A stretch of DNA of 64,000 nucleotides from Eledone cirrhosa (taxonomy: Eukaryota): NCBI GenBank assembly GCA_964016885.1, contig OZ024740.1, positions 254,138,001 to 254,202,000 of the forward strand. Direction: 5' to 3'. The translations under genes and the position numbers were made by a program. Shown here one piece after another: positions 28,723-41,261 of the stretch (positions are counted from its first letter, which is position 1; every line of letters starts with the position of its first letter). Below the pieces are notes generated by a model. It was not told the origin of the DNA and made no database searches. It saw nothing but the letters and a program-made list of their open reading frames with translations.

Positions 28723-29412
28723 TTTAAGACTATACAGAGCATTTTTGCTACAATCTTTTCCATACCTTTCATTTATATATTTATACTCGGATTTCTTTCC
28801 TAGAGTGCTTAAATTATTTGTGACTAATCCCGGTATTTAAAAAAAAAAAAACGCGATAATGTTGCTTTTTGCTGAACTCCTTATTGTAGAGTTTTTTTCG
28901 GAATGTTTTTTGACTGTTGTTTCTTGTAAACAAACATTCGTCTCATTCTGACGTCATCAGCCCTGTCTTCCCACATGTGCGTTTTATTTTTCATAATCAC
29001 GCATGATGGTGAACTAGCCTGTTTTAAATTCCCTTTTTGGCATATTAATCAGTGAGAAATTTTGGTTATCGAGTTGAGCTCTGCTGAGGATCGAATTCCA
29101 ACCGTGATCATCTCCACTGAAAGTTTTCGTGAAATAGTCTTTAAGAGCATTTGAAGTTTTTCCAAATTGAAGGATGAGTATTTTAAACTTTATTTTATCA
29201 TGAGTTAAGGCTCTATTGATTTTTCCCTGGATTTCACTAAATTCTGTGGATGAATCTATATCCTGATTCTCTTTGAGTTGAGTTTGAATTATTTACTCCA
29301 CATCTTACGTTAACTATTTTTCCCATTTTGACGCTATAGTCACTTATATATTATGGAATACTGTTGGCTTTTTGCTACAATGTTTTCTATACCTTTCATT
29401 TATATATACACA

Positions 29413-29502
<90 letters not shown>

Positions 29503-29505
<3 letters not shown>

Positions 29506-30358
29506 AAGATATTATTATATGTAATCCAATTAGAGGTTGTGAATACTTCTTATCATGGATAGTTTTAGCGTACGGCGTTGTATGACTCAACAAGAGGTTT
29601 ACGTAGATGACGAGTTTATGATTTCACTTGTATTCCTATGTAAGTTTATCTTGGAGTAATAAAATTGAAAAAGTGGAGAATAACATGGTCAACAGTACAA
29701 ACAAGGAGATTTATTTACAGTCTAACAATTGTTTCACTGATAGAGTTGTCTAAAAATTGCTAAACACTCAATTTAAAATAAATGTTGGCCCCCATTATAT
29801 CTTCAGAGACTGTCAAAAAATATAAATATATGCATAACTGGCAAATTTACAAATTCAAATTACCACATCAATAATAATATTAATAATAAAGATACTATCA
29901 TACTCGTCTGTTTGTCCCTCATCATTCTTCTCTCTATCCTACGATATCTCTACTTGTGTTTTTCTATCATATTCTTTACATCTTATTTTTGGCTGTAATA
30001 ATTTTCTCCTTCTTCTTTTTCTATCTCTTTTTCTTTTTCGTTCTTCGTCTTTCTTCTTCCCTTCCTTTCTCTCTTTACTATATCTTTCCTCCTTCCTTTT
30101 TTTCTCTCTATATCTTTATTATTAATATTATTATTGATGTGGTAATTTGAATTTTTAAATTTGCCAGTTACGCATATATTTATATTTTTTGACAGTCTCT
30201 GAAGATATGATGTGGCCAACATGTATTTTAAATTGAGTGGCACTACTTTCAGTGTTTAGCAATTTTGAGACAACTCTATCAGTGAAACAATTGTTAGACT
30301 GTATATAAATCTCCTTTGTTGTACTGTTGACCATGTTATTCTCCACATTTTCAATTTT
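29503..30358. mobile_element. Foldback derivative of the PLE at 41262-43713
   Basis: ~29660-29893 versus 30108-30358 inverted; homologous to 41267-41655. Confidence 0.8.
30192..30302 (+). ncRNA. Hammerhead with ~80 nt stem II insertion; mirror copy at 29717-29813
   Basis: ACAGTCT-CTGAAGA-(78 nt)-GAAA-CAATTG-TT-AGACTGT. Confidence 0.6.
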
Positions 30359-30399
30359 ATATATATATATATCTCAGTCGATGCGATCAGATTTCAACC

Positions 30400-30614
30400 C
30401 AGCAACAACAACTACAACAACAGCAACTACAACAACAACAACAGCAACTGCAACAACAACAACAACAACAACAGCAACAACACCATTGTCTGTGTTGAAT
30501 GTGTGTGGATGTATATATATATATATATGTATATGTATATCTCACACACGCGAAGCGACCAAATTTTAAAATTTCAACCCAGCGACTACAACAACAGCAA
30601 CAACACCATTGTCT

Positions 30615-30652
<38 letters not shown>

Positions 30653-30675
30653 GTGAAATGAACAACAACAACGGC

Positions 30676-30709
<34 letters not shown>

Positions 30710-30845
30710 ACAACGACAACAGCAACAACACCATTGTCTGCAGCAGCATCAGAGTGAAATGAACAACAATAACAACGACAATGACAACGACAACAATTAC
30801 TGCCATCACCATCACTGACACTATCCACCACCATCACCATCACCA
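30400..30845. repeat. Compound (CAA)n/(CAG)n/(CAC)n trinucleotide repeats
   Basis: Directly visible. Confidence 0.95.
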
Positions 30846-31012
30846 GCGATCAGGCCTTAAGATGAAGAAAACAACTATAATAATAGTAATAATTATTCTG
30901 TTCTTGGCACGGCGCAGCGATTGCCCCAGCGCATTGCTGGTGCCTTGTTTTGGGGCCCGGAGTGTGGAGGGCCGTTGCTTTATGCTGTAAAGCAAACAAT
31001 TATTATAATAAT

Positions 31013-31201
31013 TGTTTCTACTTTAGGCACAAGGCCAGCAATTATCCAGTGCATTACTGGTACTTTATTTTATAGACCCCGTAAGGATGAAAGGCAAAGT
31101 CAACCTCGGCGGGATTTGAACTCAGATCGTAAAGGGACGTAACTATGCTGGAAAGCATGGCGTCCGACCCTCTACCGATACTGCCAATCCACCGCCAATC
31201 C
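31013..31201 (-). mobile_element. tRNA-derived SINE (family A) with 18 bp TSD
   Basis: TSD AACAATTATTATAATAAT at 30995-31012 and 31202-31219. Confidence 0.9.
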
Positions 31202-31274
31202 AACAATTATTATAATAATACTGAACTGTAACACCCGGCTTCAATTATATGAGCTCCTTCTAAAGTCAACAGTT

Positions 31275-31968
31275 GACATGATCTTGTCCCAGATGCGTGT
31301 GCGACGAGGAAACCGTTGCACACGCATTGGTACACTGCTCGGGCGCAGCCGATCTGTGGGGCTATGTCGAACAACTGCTGTCAAGGGTGGGACCGATCCG
31401 GTTGACCACCGAGTCTATTGTAATGATCAAGCCGCCTCCCCCCTTCAAAGATGAAGCAGAGGCGGTGTTTCTGTGCGTAATAGCCATGGCGAAAGAGGTT
31501 GTATGGTGGACGCGTCTGAAAGGACTGAGGTCAGGCACCTTTCTCTCTGGCCAACAACTGGTCCGTTTCTTCCGATATCATTTCGGAAGAAGGATCAGGA
31601 TGGAGAGAGAGGTGCTGCACCCCAGCCGTTTCTATGAAAGATGGGTGAAAGTGGCGAGAATGGCCCGTGTGAATGGGCCTTCACTCTACATCAGACTATA
31701 GGTGAGGAAGATGAAAGACCAAGGGAGCACCCCTTCTCTGTGCTCCTGAGGAGAAGGGTTGCACACTTTTTTCGGGGGTGTGTGCGACCCCCCAAGGCGC
31801 CTCCTCTCTATTGAGGATTTTGTTAAAAATTTTATTTTTTGTGTAATCTTATTTTATTTTTATATTTTGTTATTGCCTCCTCCTTATTGAGGACGCCTTT
31901 TTGTGTAAACTCCCCCCTTTGTACTTGTCCCACTTTTGATGCCCTGGTGGCAAATAAAAGAAATCAAT
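31275..31968 (+). mobile_element. 3' fragment of an L1/Tx1-type LINE (zinc knuckle)
   Basis: C..C DEETVAHALVHC....LW in ORF 31297-31701, then AATAAA at ~31953 and (TG)n. Confidence 0.7.
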
Positions 31969-32509
31969 ATATGTATATGTGTGTGTGTGTGTGAGAGTGG
32001 CGTGAGTGTGTTTGTATGCATGCGTGTTGGTGTGTGAGCGAGTGTGTGAGTGGCGTGTATGTTTGTATGCATGAGTGTTGGTGTGTGAGTGAATGTGTGT
32101 GTGCCATGAGTGTCAATAAGTGTTTTTATTTTGTTTTTTGTTTCTTTTGCGCGGGGACATAGAAATAATCGGGTTGGATACCCGATCGCGCAGTTAAACC
32201 ACTAGGAGTGAAAGACCCCTAGCCCTTGTCAGAGCATTCTTCTAGGAGGAGGCATCTCAGGAAACTGGGTTAACTCTGACATAAAACCTGCTCAGTAGTT
32301 ACCGATGATGTTGATTCTTTTCTTCTTTTCGAGTTATAGCAACTGACGCTCAGAGAGTGGGATTGGCTCAGTGCACAGTATTTCCACACTTTAAAAATAT
32401 TCCTTCACGCACAGGCATTGCACGGTTGCATTAATTAATAACTATTAATAGTGTTATTGTAAAATGGAGGGGTAGAGAGGGCCCATAAGTCCAGTAAGAC
32501 ATCTTCTCT

Positions 32510-33700
32510 AGTGCTGGTGGCACGAATAAAAGCACCCAGTCCATGCTGTAATGTGACACTGGTGTTATGAAGGGCATCCAACCAGTGCCAAAACAATTAT
32601 GAGCACAGCAACAAATATATATCGCAATAACTGCATAAACAGCAATAGCACTAAACATGTTAGGGCTGCGCACGGTAGTGGGGTGGCTGGTGCGGCCATG
32701 TGCGAGAACCCCACGACCGTCTTCAAGCAATCACACTATAGGAAAAGGAGCAACAAAAATATGAAGACGTCGCATCTCAGAGTTGCAACACTTAATGTTG
32801 GCACTCTCACAGGTAGATCTGTGAAATAGCGGGGATGCTGGAGAGAAGGCATGTGGATGTGTGCTGCATGCAAGAGGTGAGATGGAGAGGTGCCTCTGCG
32901 AGACTAGTCGCAGGCAAACATCTTAGTTATAAGCTTTTCTGGGTAGGTAAGGATGATGGGTTGAGGGGAGTAGGCATTTTCCTGGCTGAGGGATGGATCA
33001 ATAAGACAATAGAGGTAGTTCGAGTTACTAATCGAATGATTAAGCTTAGATTAGTTGTAGGCAAGAGACTACTGACAATCATCTCTGCCTATGCTACCCA
33101 AGCAGGCCTAGGTAAAGAAGAGAAAGACTGCTTTCACGAGCAACTTTTACAAACAGCCGCAATGACATAGGACGGAGACATCGTTATGCTAGCAGGGGAC
33201 TTCAATGGTCATGTTGGACAGCTCCAGGATGGTTACACTGGGGTACATGGTGAGCACGGTTACGGCTCAAGAAATGAAGAAGGAGTGAGACTTCTTGAAT
33301 TTTGTGATGCAAATACACTGACCATTTGCAACACTAACTTCCAGAAACCTGCCAACCACCTAATAACCTACAAATCAGGCGAGCACATAAGCCAGATTGA
33401 CTTCTTACTAGTTAGGCAGCGGGACAGGCAGATGGTGTCAAATTATAGGGGTATAAAACTGATGGATCAGGTTATGAAAGTGGCAGAAAGGATATTAGCA
33501 CAACTAATTAGAGAAAGGGTCAAACTAGATGAGATACAGTTTCTTTTTTTTGCCTGGGAAAAGTACAATAGATGCCCTCTTCTTGGTGAGACAATTACAA
33601 GAGAGGTTCTTAGAGAAGAATAAGCCACTATACTATCTGTCATCTGGTGGTCCCTAAGGAAACTAGGTGTTGAGGAATGGCTTGTGAGGACAGTGCAATA
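32510..33700 (+). mobile_element. RTE LINE 5' part: APE endonuclease fused by deletion to an RT fragment
   Basis: LRVATLNVGTL, CMQEVRW, AGDFNGHVG, SQIDF, then NYRGIKLMDQ as in the 16010 copy. Confidence 0.85.
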
Positions 33701-33721
33701 CTTTCCTTATGCATATTAACT

Positions 33722-34672
33722 AAATATAAGTACGTATACATACTTATATTTAAGTATCAGCCGTACTAAGAGTGAGAAATGTAATTTCATATCATTCTTT
33801 TCCATTTATCGTTTTCGGTACGCCCGGCCGACTAACTCACTCGATATGCATATTAGGCTGCTCAGCCGTTAATATGCATAAGGAAAGTATATACTTTCAA
33901 ACGTTCTATCATCTGACAAGAAGGTATACGGTGCTGACGATAGCTAATAAGCTTGAAACTAGTTCATCGTTCCTTTATCAGTGTTGAACAAAATGGCAAC
34001 GATGGTTGCGGAACATTGTACGGCTTAATTCGGGCTGTTTGTTTACAAACAAACCGAACATTATAATAAATGTTCGGTAAACCTATACGTACATATATAT
34101 ATGTGTGCATGTATGTATATATATACATACTACAGTACGTCTGTATAGATATATGTATGTACGTATACATACTTATATTTAAGTATCAGCCGTACTAAGA
34201 GTGAGAAATGTAATTTCATTTCATTCTTTTCCATTAATCGTTTTCCGTACGCCCGGCCGACTAACTCGCTCGATATGCAAATTAGGCTGCTCAGCCGTTA
34301 ATATGCATAAGGAAAGTATATACTTTCAAACGTTCAATCATCTGGCAGGAAGGTATACGGTGCTGACGATAGCTAATAAGCTTGAAACTAGTTCATCGTT
34401 CCTTTGTCAGTGTTGAACAAAAGCGCAACGATGGTTGCCGAACACTGTACGGCTTAATTCTGGCTGTTTGTTTACAAACAAACCTAACTTTATAATAAAT
34501 GTTCGGTAAACCCATACGTACATGTATATATATATATATATGTGTGTATGTATGTATATATATATACATACTACTGTACGTCTGTATACATATATGTATG
34601 TACGTATACATACTTATATTTAAGTATCAGCCGTACTAAGAGTGAGAAATGAAATTTCATTTCATTCTTTTC
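33722..34672. repeat. Tandem ~430 bp units (same family as 15500-16010, 26790-27950, 47310-47585)
   Basis: TAAGTATCAGCCGTACTAAGAGTGAGAAATG recurs at ~33751, ~34180 and ~34621. Confidence 0.9.
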
Positions 34673-34677
34673 CTATA

Positions 34678-34762
<85 letters not shown>

Positions 34763-34785
34763 ATATATGTATTTGTGTATATATG

Positions 34786-34848
<63 letters not shown>

Positions 34849-34855
34849 TATATAG

Positions 34856-34893
<38 letters not shown>

Positions 34894-35416
34894 ATATATG
34901 TATATATATATGTATGTGTATGTATTTATATGTATGTTTGTTGTGTGTGTGTCTGTGCGTATGTGCGTGTGTGTGAATGTGTGTAAGTGGGCGCGTGTGT
35001 GAATATGTTTGTTGACACCTGGAATATAAATTAAGAGAAACTTCACAATAAGGGGAAGCACGCCAACACCTGAACCTGTTTATAGATTCCTTCTGCCTTT
35101 GTCACCCTAATTTCAGCCTTAAAGAATTAGCTTCTAAATATTTTCCCTTTTCTTTAAACCAAAGAACCCTACCCATCCTGTAGACACCTGTCTTACAGGC
35201 ATTGTTAGTTTAAGAGATAAACAAGGATTGTTATTCCAATCTGAATCAGTATTCCTTCTGCCTTTGTTAATATTATAACTATAAAGAATTGGCTTTTAAT
35301 GAACTCCCTTTTCTTTAAATCCATCAACCAATGACCTGCACCCATCCCAATCCCCACCCTCTCTACCACCAGAAAAGATATAAATACCAGCACTTACTTG
35401 GACACTTGGACAGTCA

Positions 35417-35465
35417 GGTTCCTGATGATTTCTCAGGAATGAAACAGTTCTAGTCCTGTAGAAGC
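35417..35465 (+). ncRNA. Type I hammerhead (tandem partner of 35806)
   Basis: GGTTC-CTGATGA-TTTCTCAGGAAT-GAAA-CAG..CTG-TA-GAAGC. Confidence 0.7.
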
Positions 35466-35474
35466 TTTTCTATA

Positions 35475-35509
<35 letters not shown>

Positions 35510-35805
35510 TTATTGTATAGAAGGAGTTTCTACAGGACTAGAACCGTTTATTTATTTATTTATTTATTTACTTTTTCTTTTTCTTTTTCTTTTTCTTTTT
35601 CTTTTTCTTTTTCTTTTTCTTTTTCTTTTTCTTTTTCTTTTACAAAAGTACTCCGGCTAATTGACCACTCCCCAAAGAAAAAACGGTCTGTGCCATGTTA
35701 TGGTCCTGTGTATCTAAATACCAACCTACCCCCCCCCCCCCAAGCCACCACCCCTCCCTTACCACTACCTAAATGTATGAATACCAGAACTTAATATGAC
35801 CCCCA

Positions 35806-35854
35806 GCTTCCTGAAGATTTCATCTGAATGAAACAGTACTAGTCCTGTAGAAGC
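35806..35854 (+). ncRNA. Type I hammerhead ribozyme
   Basis: GCTTC-CTGAAGA-TTTCATCTGAAT-GAAA-CAG TACTAGTC CTG-TA-GAAGC. Confidence 0.75.
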
Positions 35855-35941
35855 TCCTTCTATACAATAAATATATTTTACTCTGCCATGTATTGAGTAC
35901 CTTACTTACTGTGGTTATCCCCGACTCAACCCGGGACCTAC

Positions 35942-35997
<56 letters not shown>

Positions 35998-36000
35998 ATA

Positions 36001-39000
36001 TACTCTTTTACCTGTTCCAGCCATCCAGCTGAAGCCATGCTGGGGCACCGCCCTTGTTGCTACACATTTTATCTCCAGCTTGTATTGGTTGGCCACTGGT
36101 ACAAGAGGGAGTTCTTAGGTTACCCTCGTGCCTTGCTGTGGGCTCATCCGGGATCCTGGATAGCAAGGTGTCGAGATGTGTCTTGAGAACATCCACGTCC
36201 ACACCATGCAGATCTCTCAGATGCCTCGGCAGCTTGTTGAAGAGTTGAGGGCCCTTGAACCCCAGGCTATTGCAATATCTGCTCCTTATTCTAGATGTGG
36301 AAGACACAGTGACACCACACAGTGACATCCTGTTCGGGGGTTGGTCCAGCTCCCAATGCTAAAGTTTGGTGCTAGTCCCTCCAAGATTTTCCACATGTAT
36401 ATCACTGCATATCTCTCCCGTCTTCGTTCCAAGGAGTAGAGATTCAGTTCTTTTAGCCTCTCCCAGTAGCTTATCTGCTTCATCGTCGCAATCCTCTTGG
36501 TGTAGCTTCGTTGGATTGCCTCAAGCTATGTGGTTAGTTTGACACTATGGGGTGACCACAACTGGGAGCAATAGTCCAGGTGGCTTAGGACAAATGTCCT
36601 CCATAGTGTCAACATGGTCTTTCGGTCTCTTGTCCGGAAAGTCCACAAAATCCAGCCAGCGAGTCATCTGCACAGTGTCACCACTTTCATGATGTGTGAG
36701 GAAAAAGATGCATCATCGCTCATGTCTATACCCAGGTCTTGTATCGATTTCGACACAGGAATTTCGTTCGCTCCTGGTCCAGTGTAACTGTGTTGTACTG
36801 TATTTGTGTTTGCAGGTTTGTATTGTAGGGCTTGAAATTTTACAGCATTAAACTGCATGTTGTTGTCGTCCGCCCATTTGTATATGGCATCCAGATCTTG
36901 TTGTAAAATGGCTACCTTAGTCTCATCAGTATAGCTACAGAGGGCATATCTGAGAGAGCAACCAAAAACAGAGCTAATCCGAGGACTGTGCTTTGGGGCA
37001 CCCCACTTGTTATTGATGTTTCCTTTGAGAGGGCTCCGTTTGTTGCAACTGCCTGGCTTCTGTCCTTTAAGAAGTCATGCAGCCACTCACCTACTTTTCC
37101 AGTTATGTCGAGTCTGTGTGGTTTGTGACATATCATTCCATGGTTGACCTTGTCAAAGGCCTTCGGAAAATCAAGATATATCACGTCCACATGTGTGCTT
37201 TCTAGCAGTTGTTTCAGTACTCAGTCGTAGTGATGTAGCAGCTGTGTAAGGCAGCTTCTTCCTGGGCGAAAGCCATGTTGCGTGCTAGTCAGGCAGTCCT
37301 TTTCCTCGAGGAAGGTGATCAGTTTCTTTCTGACCTTACTGATATGTGACATCGGGGAGACTGTCCTAGGAGCTTCTGAAGAGCGTCTTCAGTGGAGTTG
37401 CTAAGGCCCGCTTACTTGTTTTTAAGAGGACTGCTGGGAATCCATCAGGTCCAGCAGCTGAGTTTGTTCTAATTTCATCTATGGCGTATGCCACATCCTC
37501 CTCCGTTATGTCTATGTGGTTGATGGTCGCCATTTCTTCATGGAGTGTTGTGGCATCAAAGAACTCCTCTGGCTTTGTTATTTGCATGTGCCTCACTGGA
37601 CATGTGAACACACTTTTGTACTCTTCGTTCAGTATTTCCCTTATCTTTTGGGGATTCTCGGTTAATGAACCATCTTTATGGAAGAGTGGCTCAATCTTGC
37701 TTGCAGTGTACCGAGGCAGTCTCTTTTGCAAATTTAAAGATGGCCTTAGGGTTTGTTTTAATATTTTCTATGGCCCTGATTTCTCTCTTTGCCCTCTCCT
37801 TTTCATGGGAAAGTTTGAGTGCAGTTTTGATGTCAAGTAGTGCACGTTTCAAATAGGATTCCTTCTTGTTTTTGTTTTCTTGTTGTGCATTCAACTGGTT
37901 TGAGAGCTTGGTTCTTCGTCTCATAAGGATTTTCCTATCTCTGGGAATAAGACTTTTGTGTCTGTTTGCCTTTTTCTCCGGGACAAACTTTTGCATATAG
38001 TGTGTATCATTGTCATGAAGTGTTGAAATTGTGTGCTGGTGTCTTGTGTGGCGGTGTTTTCGCTCCATATTTGCTTCCGGATTTCTCTCTTGATCTTTTT
38101 CCAGTTAGCCTTGTAGAAGTTAAAGCTGGATAAATTCCGGTGCTTCTTGATGGCTGTGTCTCTGTTGATTCTCTCGGACCACCTATCATTAGTTCTACTA
38201 AGTTATGATCAGAGAAAATCGTTGGTGTCACCTTTACATTGTGGATGAGCACTGCATTGTTTGTAAAACAGAGGTCTAGGACAGACTTCTTGTTGAGAGG
38301 AGTACTGCTTGTTCCATGAATAGCCTGTGTGTGAGGGCCAGCAGGGACTCCGTCTGTCTCAATTCTAGTGATGTCATTCCAGGGAGGAGGTGGCCCTCAT
38401 GCCATTTGACCTTTGGCAGGTTGAAGTCTCCAAGCAGTAGAATGCTGAGACCCTGGTCCAGTTTGTCAAGGACCTCTTCTATCCTACTCAAATTTACCCT
38501 AATGACTGGGGGCATCGGGTGGCCGATATGTGACACATATTACCGTCTTTAGCTGCTTCATATGTACTATCAGTGTGTCACAGACTGAGTTTGAATGTGT
38601 CGACAGTACAATTCGTGTGACATCTTCACGGATATACAGAGCAACCCCATCCTTCCTGTTCGAACGAAATACAGTATATTTTGGTATATGTATTTCCGCA
38701 TCTGCTATACTGCTTGTCAGGTGCGTTTCGGTTAGAGTGTTGCATAATGCTTGTTTGCTTATGGCTAAGTCTCCCAGGTAGGAAATTTTACTCATGTTAG
38801 TGAGTTTCACCAGACCTCTGACATTCAACAGCAGCACTGGTGTGACATTTGGGATGTCAGCGGAGGCCATCCTGGGTACCTTAATTGTGATGGTCTCAAG
38901 TGCTGGTGTGAGTGACCCTGGCTCTGAAAACGATGCAGCCAGATCAGCTGTCCCACAATCTTCTCTGCCATCACTAAAAAATTATTTTGCTCTGCTGCCG

Positions 39001-39700
39001 CCATCTGTATCTCGTTGGCATATGCGTGCATTCTTTTTGTTGGGGCGGCACGCGTGACATCGGCATACTTCTGGGGCAGCTTGCATCGGTTCTGGTTTTG
39101 GCTGGGGCATGTTGGGCGTAGTTCGTTTGGGGCCTTCCTTCCCTGACTGTAGCGACGGGTATCTCATTTTCTTTCAGGTCTGTGCTTCTGCTTTCTTCCT
39201 TTTCTTTTTTTTTTCTACCCGTTTTTCTCCTCCTTGAGGACACGGCTTAGCATCCCCATATGTGGCGCTATGAGGACATAGGCCCTATCAATTTCTCTTC
39301 TTTTTCTGTCTATCTGCGCCAAAGTCCTCAGAAAGCCATGGTTCTTCAGAGTCTCCGCAATCTTTTTGCTTGGTGGTGACCCATCAGCCAGGCTCCATCC
39401 TTTGATCAACACCTCTAGTTCCATCTTTGATCAGTTTCGCAGGCTTTTAATTTCATTTCTTCCCTGCATGCAGTCCATTTCGCTGTAGAGGGGAGAGAGA
39501 GAAAGATAGCGGGAAGGGTAGGGAAAAGGTTAGAGAGGGAAAGCGAGAGGGAGAGAAAGATAAGTCCAGTGAGAAATTTAAGGAACGATTTAGAGGGAAA
39601 GAGAGAGAGAGAGCTTGTGCGATCTAGAGAGAGAGAGAGAGGGAGAGAAAGAAAGAAGGAGAGAGATAGGAAAGAGACAAAATAGAGAGAGAGAGACAGT
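36001..39700 (-). mobile_element. Near full-length decayed CR1/L2-type LINE (ORF1 remnant, APE EN, RT)
   Basis: LLNVRGL, TETHL, YRPP, LGDFNLP and SDH (EN); YLDFPKAFDKV and SGVPQ (RT). Same family as 2201-4612. Confidence 0.9.
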
Positions 39701-39764
39701 GACAGCGGGAAAAACAGCAACGGAGACTTGAACAGGTCAAAGTTAATTATGAATATTATTATCA

Positions 39765-39792
39765 CTAGCAAAAAAAACACCCTACGGGTGGC
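39765..39792 (-). mobile_element. Putative Helitron-type 3' terminus
   Basis: Reverse complement CACCC-GTA-GGGTG hairpin, 9 nt, then CTAG|T. Confidence 0.45.
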
Positions 39793-40513
39793 TTTCTGCT
39801 ACCATGTGTAATGTGCATATTGATATTATACGCAAGTATATATGCATGTAGATATGATACATCAAATAAAATCGTAATTGACAATATACACAGGAATTGA
39901 ACGAAGTCTGCGTTACACTGTCTTATGTAATCATTAATGTAATCCATGATACATTAAAAAAAAGACAATATTATATATAAACTGAATTAGGAGAAAATTA
40001 GCGACGGAAATATATGCATATTTTTATAAGTGCTATAATATAACGGCCGCTAACCGGAAGTGTTGACATTTGAACATTTTAAAGAAGTGAATTTTAAAGA
40101 TCTTTAAATAAGCTATAAAATATATTTAATCAACAGCCACGAAATTTAGCACATAAATTATGTAATATTCATTCATTATTTATTCAAAGTAATCCAACTT
40201 ATTTTACAAACGGGGTAAAAAAAATATATTCTGGACGCAATCCCGCACTCCTTTCTTTATTATAGTTAAGATTCGGGACACCTCGAGAAAACATGTTCGC
40301 GATTAAAACAGGGATAACCAAAACAAACAAAGTGTAAACAAATGATAACAACATGAAATATAAAAGGAGACAAAATAAATTAAAATAAATTAAATTAATG
40401 AAATCCAAATAAGTTAAAAAATATAGAATCGCGAAAGAGTAAGGTATGATAATTTTAACTGTAGATATCGGTTTGTTTATAAATATACTTTCAAATTAAA
40501 ATAATGTATATAT

Positions 40514-40691
40514 AATTGTTTCTACTTTAGGCACAAGGCCAGCAATTACCCAGTGCATTACTGGTACTTTATTTTATCGACCCCGTAAGGATGAAAGGCA
40601 AATTCAACCTCGGTGGGATTTGAACTCAGATCGTAAAGGGACGTAACTATGCTGGAAAGCATGGCGTCCTACCCTCTACCGATACTGCCAA
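40514..40691 (-). mobile_element. tRNA-derived SINE (family A)
   Basis: Matches the other family A copies. Confidence 0.88.
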
Positions 40692-41081
40692 ACTGTATTG
40701 TATGTTTAATCCTAATAGTTATTATAATATTAATATATCAAAAGCAAGAAACAATAACAAATATATATGCTCACTGAATTAAAAATAAAATAAAATTGAA
40801 TTACGTTACTTAATTAGCTTTCTATATTCTGTACGACAAACAACAAACACGTGTCTCTCGTCTAAGAAGAGGAACGAAAAATAACTAACAGACCGAAAAT
40901 AAACCTACTAAAACGCAAAAATACGAAAAATAATCACGTCCAAATAAAGATACTTATCTTTTACAAAGGTTGTTGATCAAGGTAAGAAATTAACTCAAAT
41001 AAAACTTCCAGATTCCTGTCGATTTAAATTTCAAATTTCGCACAGTAAGAAATGCACATCTATAGTTCCAAGCTACCAGTC

Positions 41082-41259
<178 letters not shown>

Positions 41260-41261
41260 AG

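Noticed and set aside
30387-30843. PolyQ/N/H/C ORFs resembling a transcription-factor low-complexity exon
   Set aside because: Pure trinucleotide repeats with no flanking domain or supportable splice structure.
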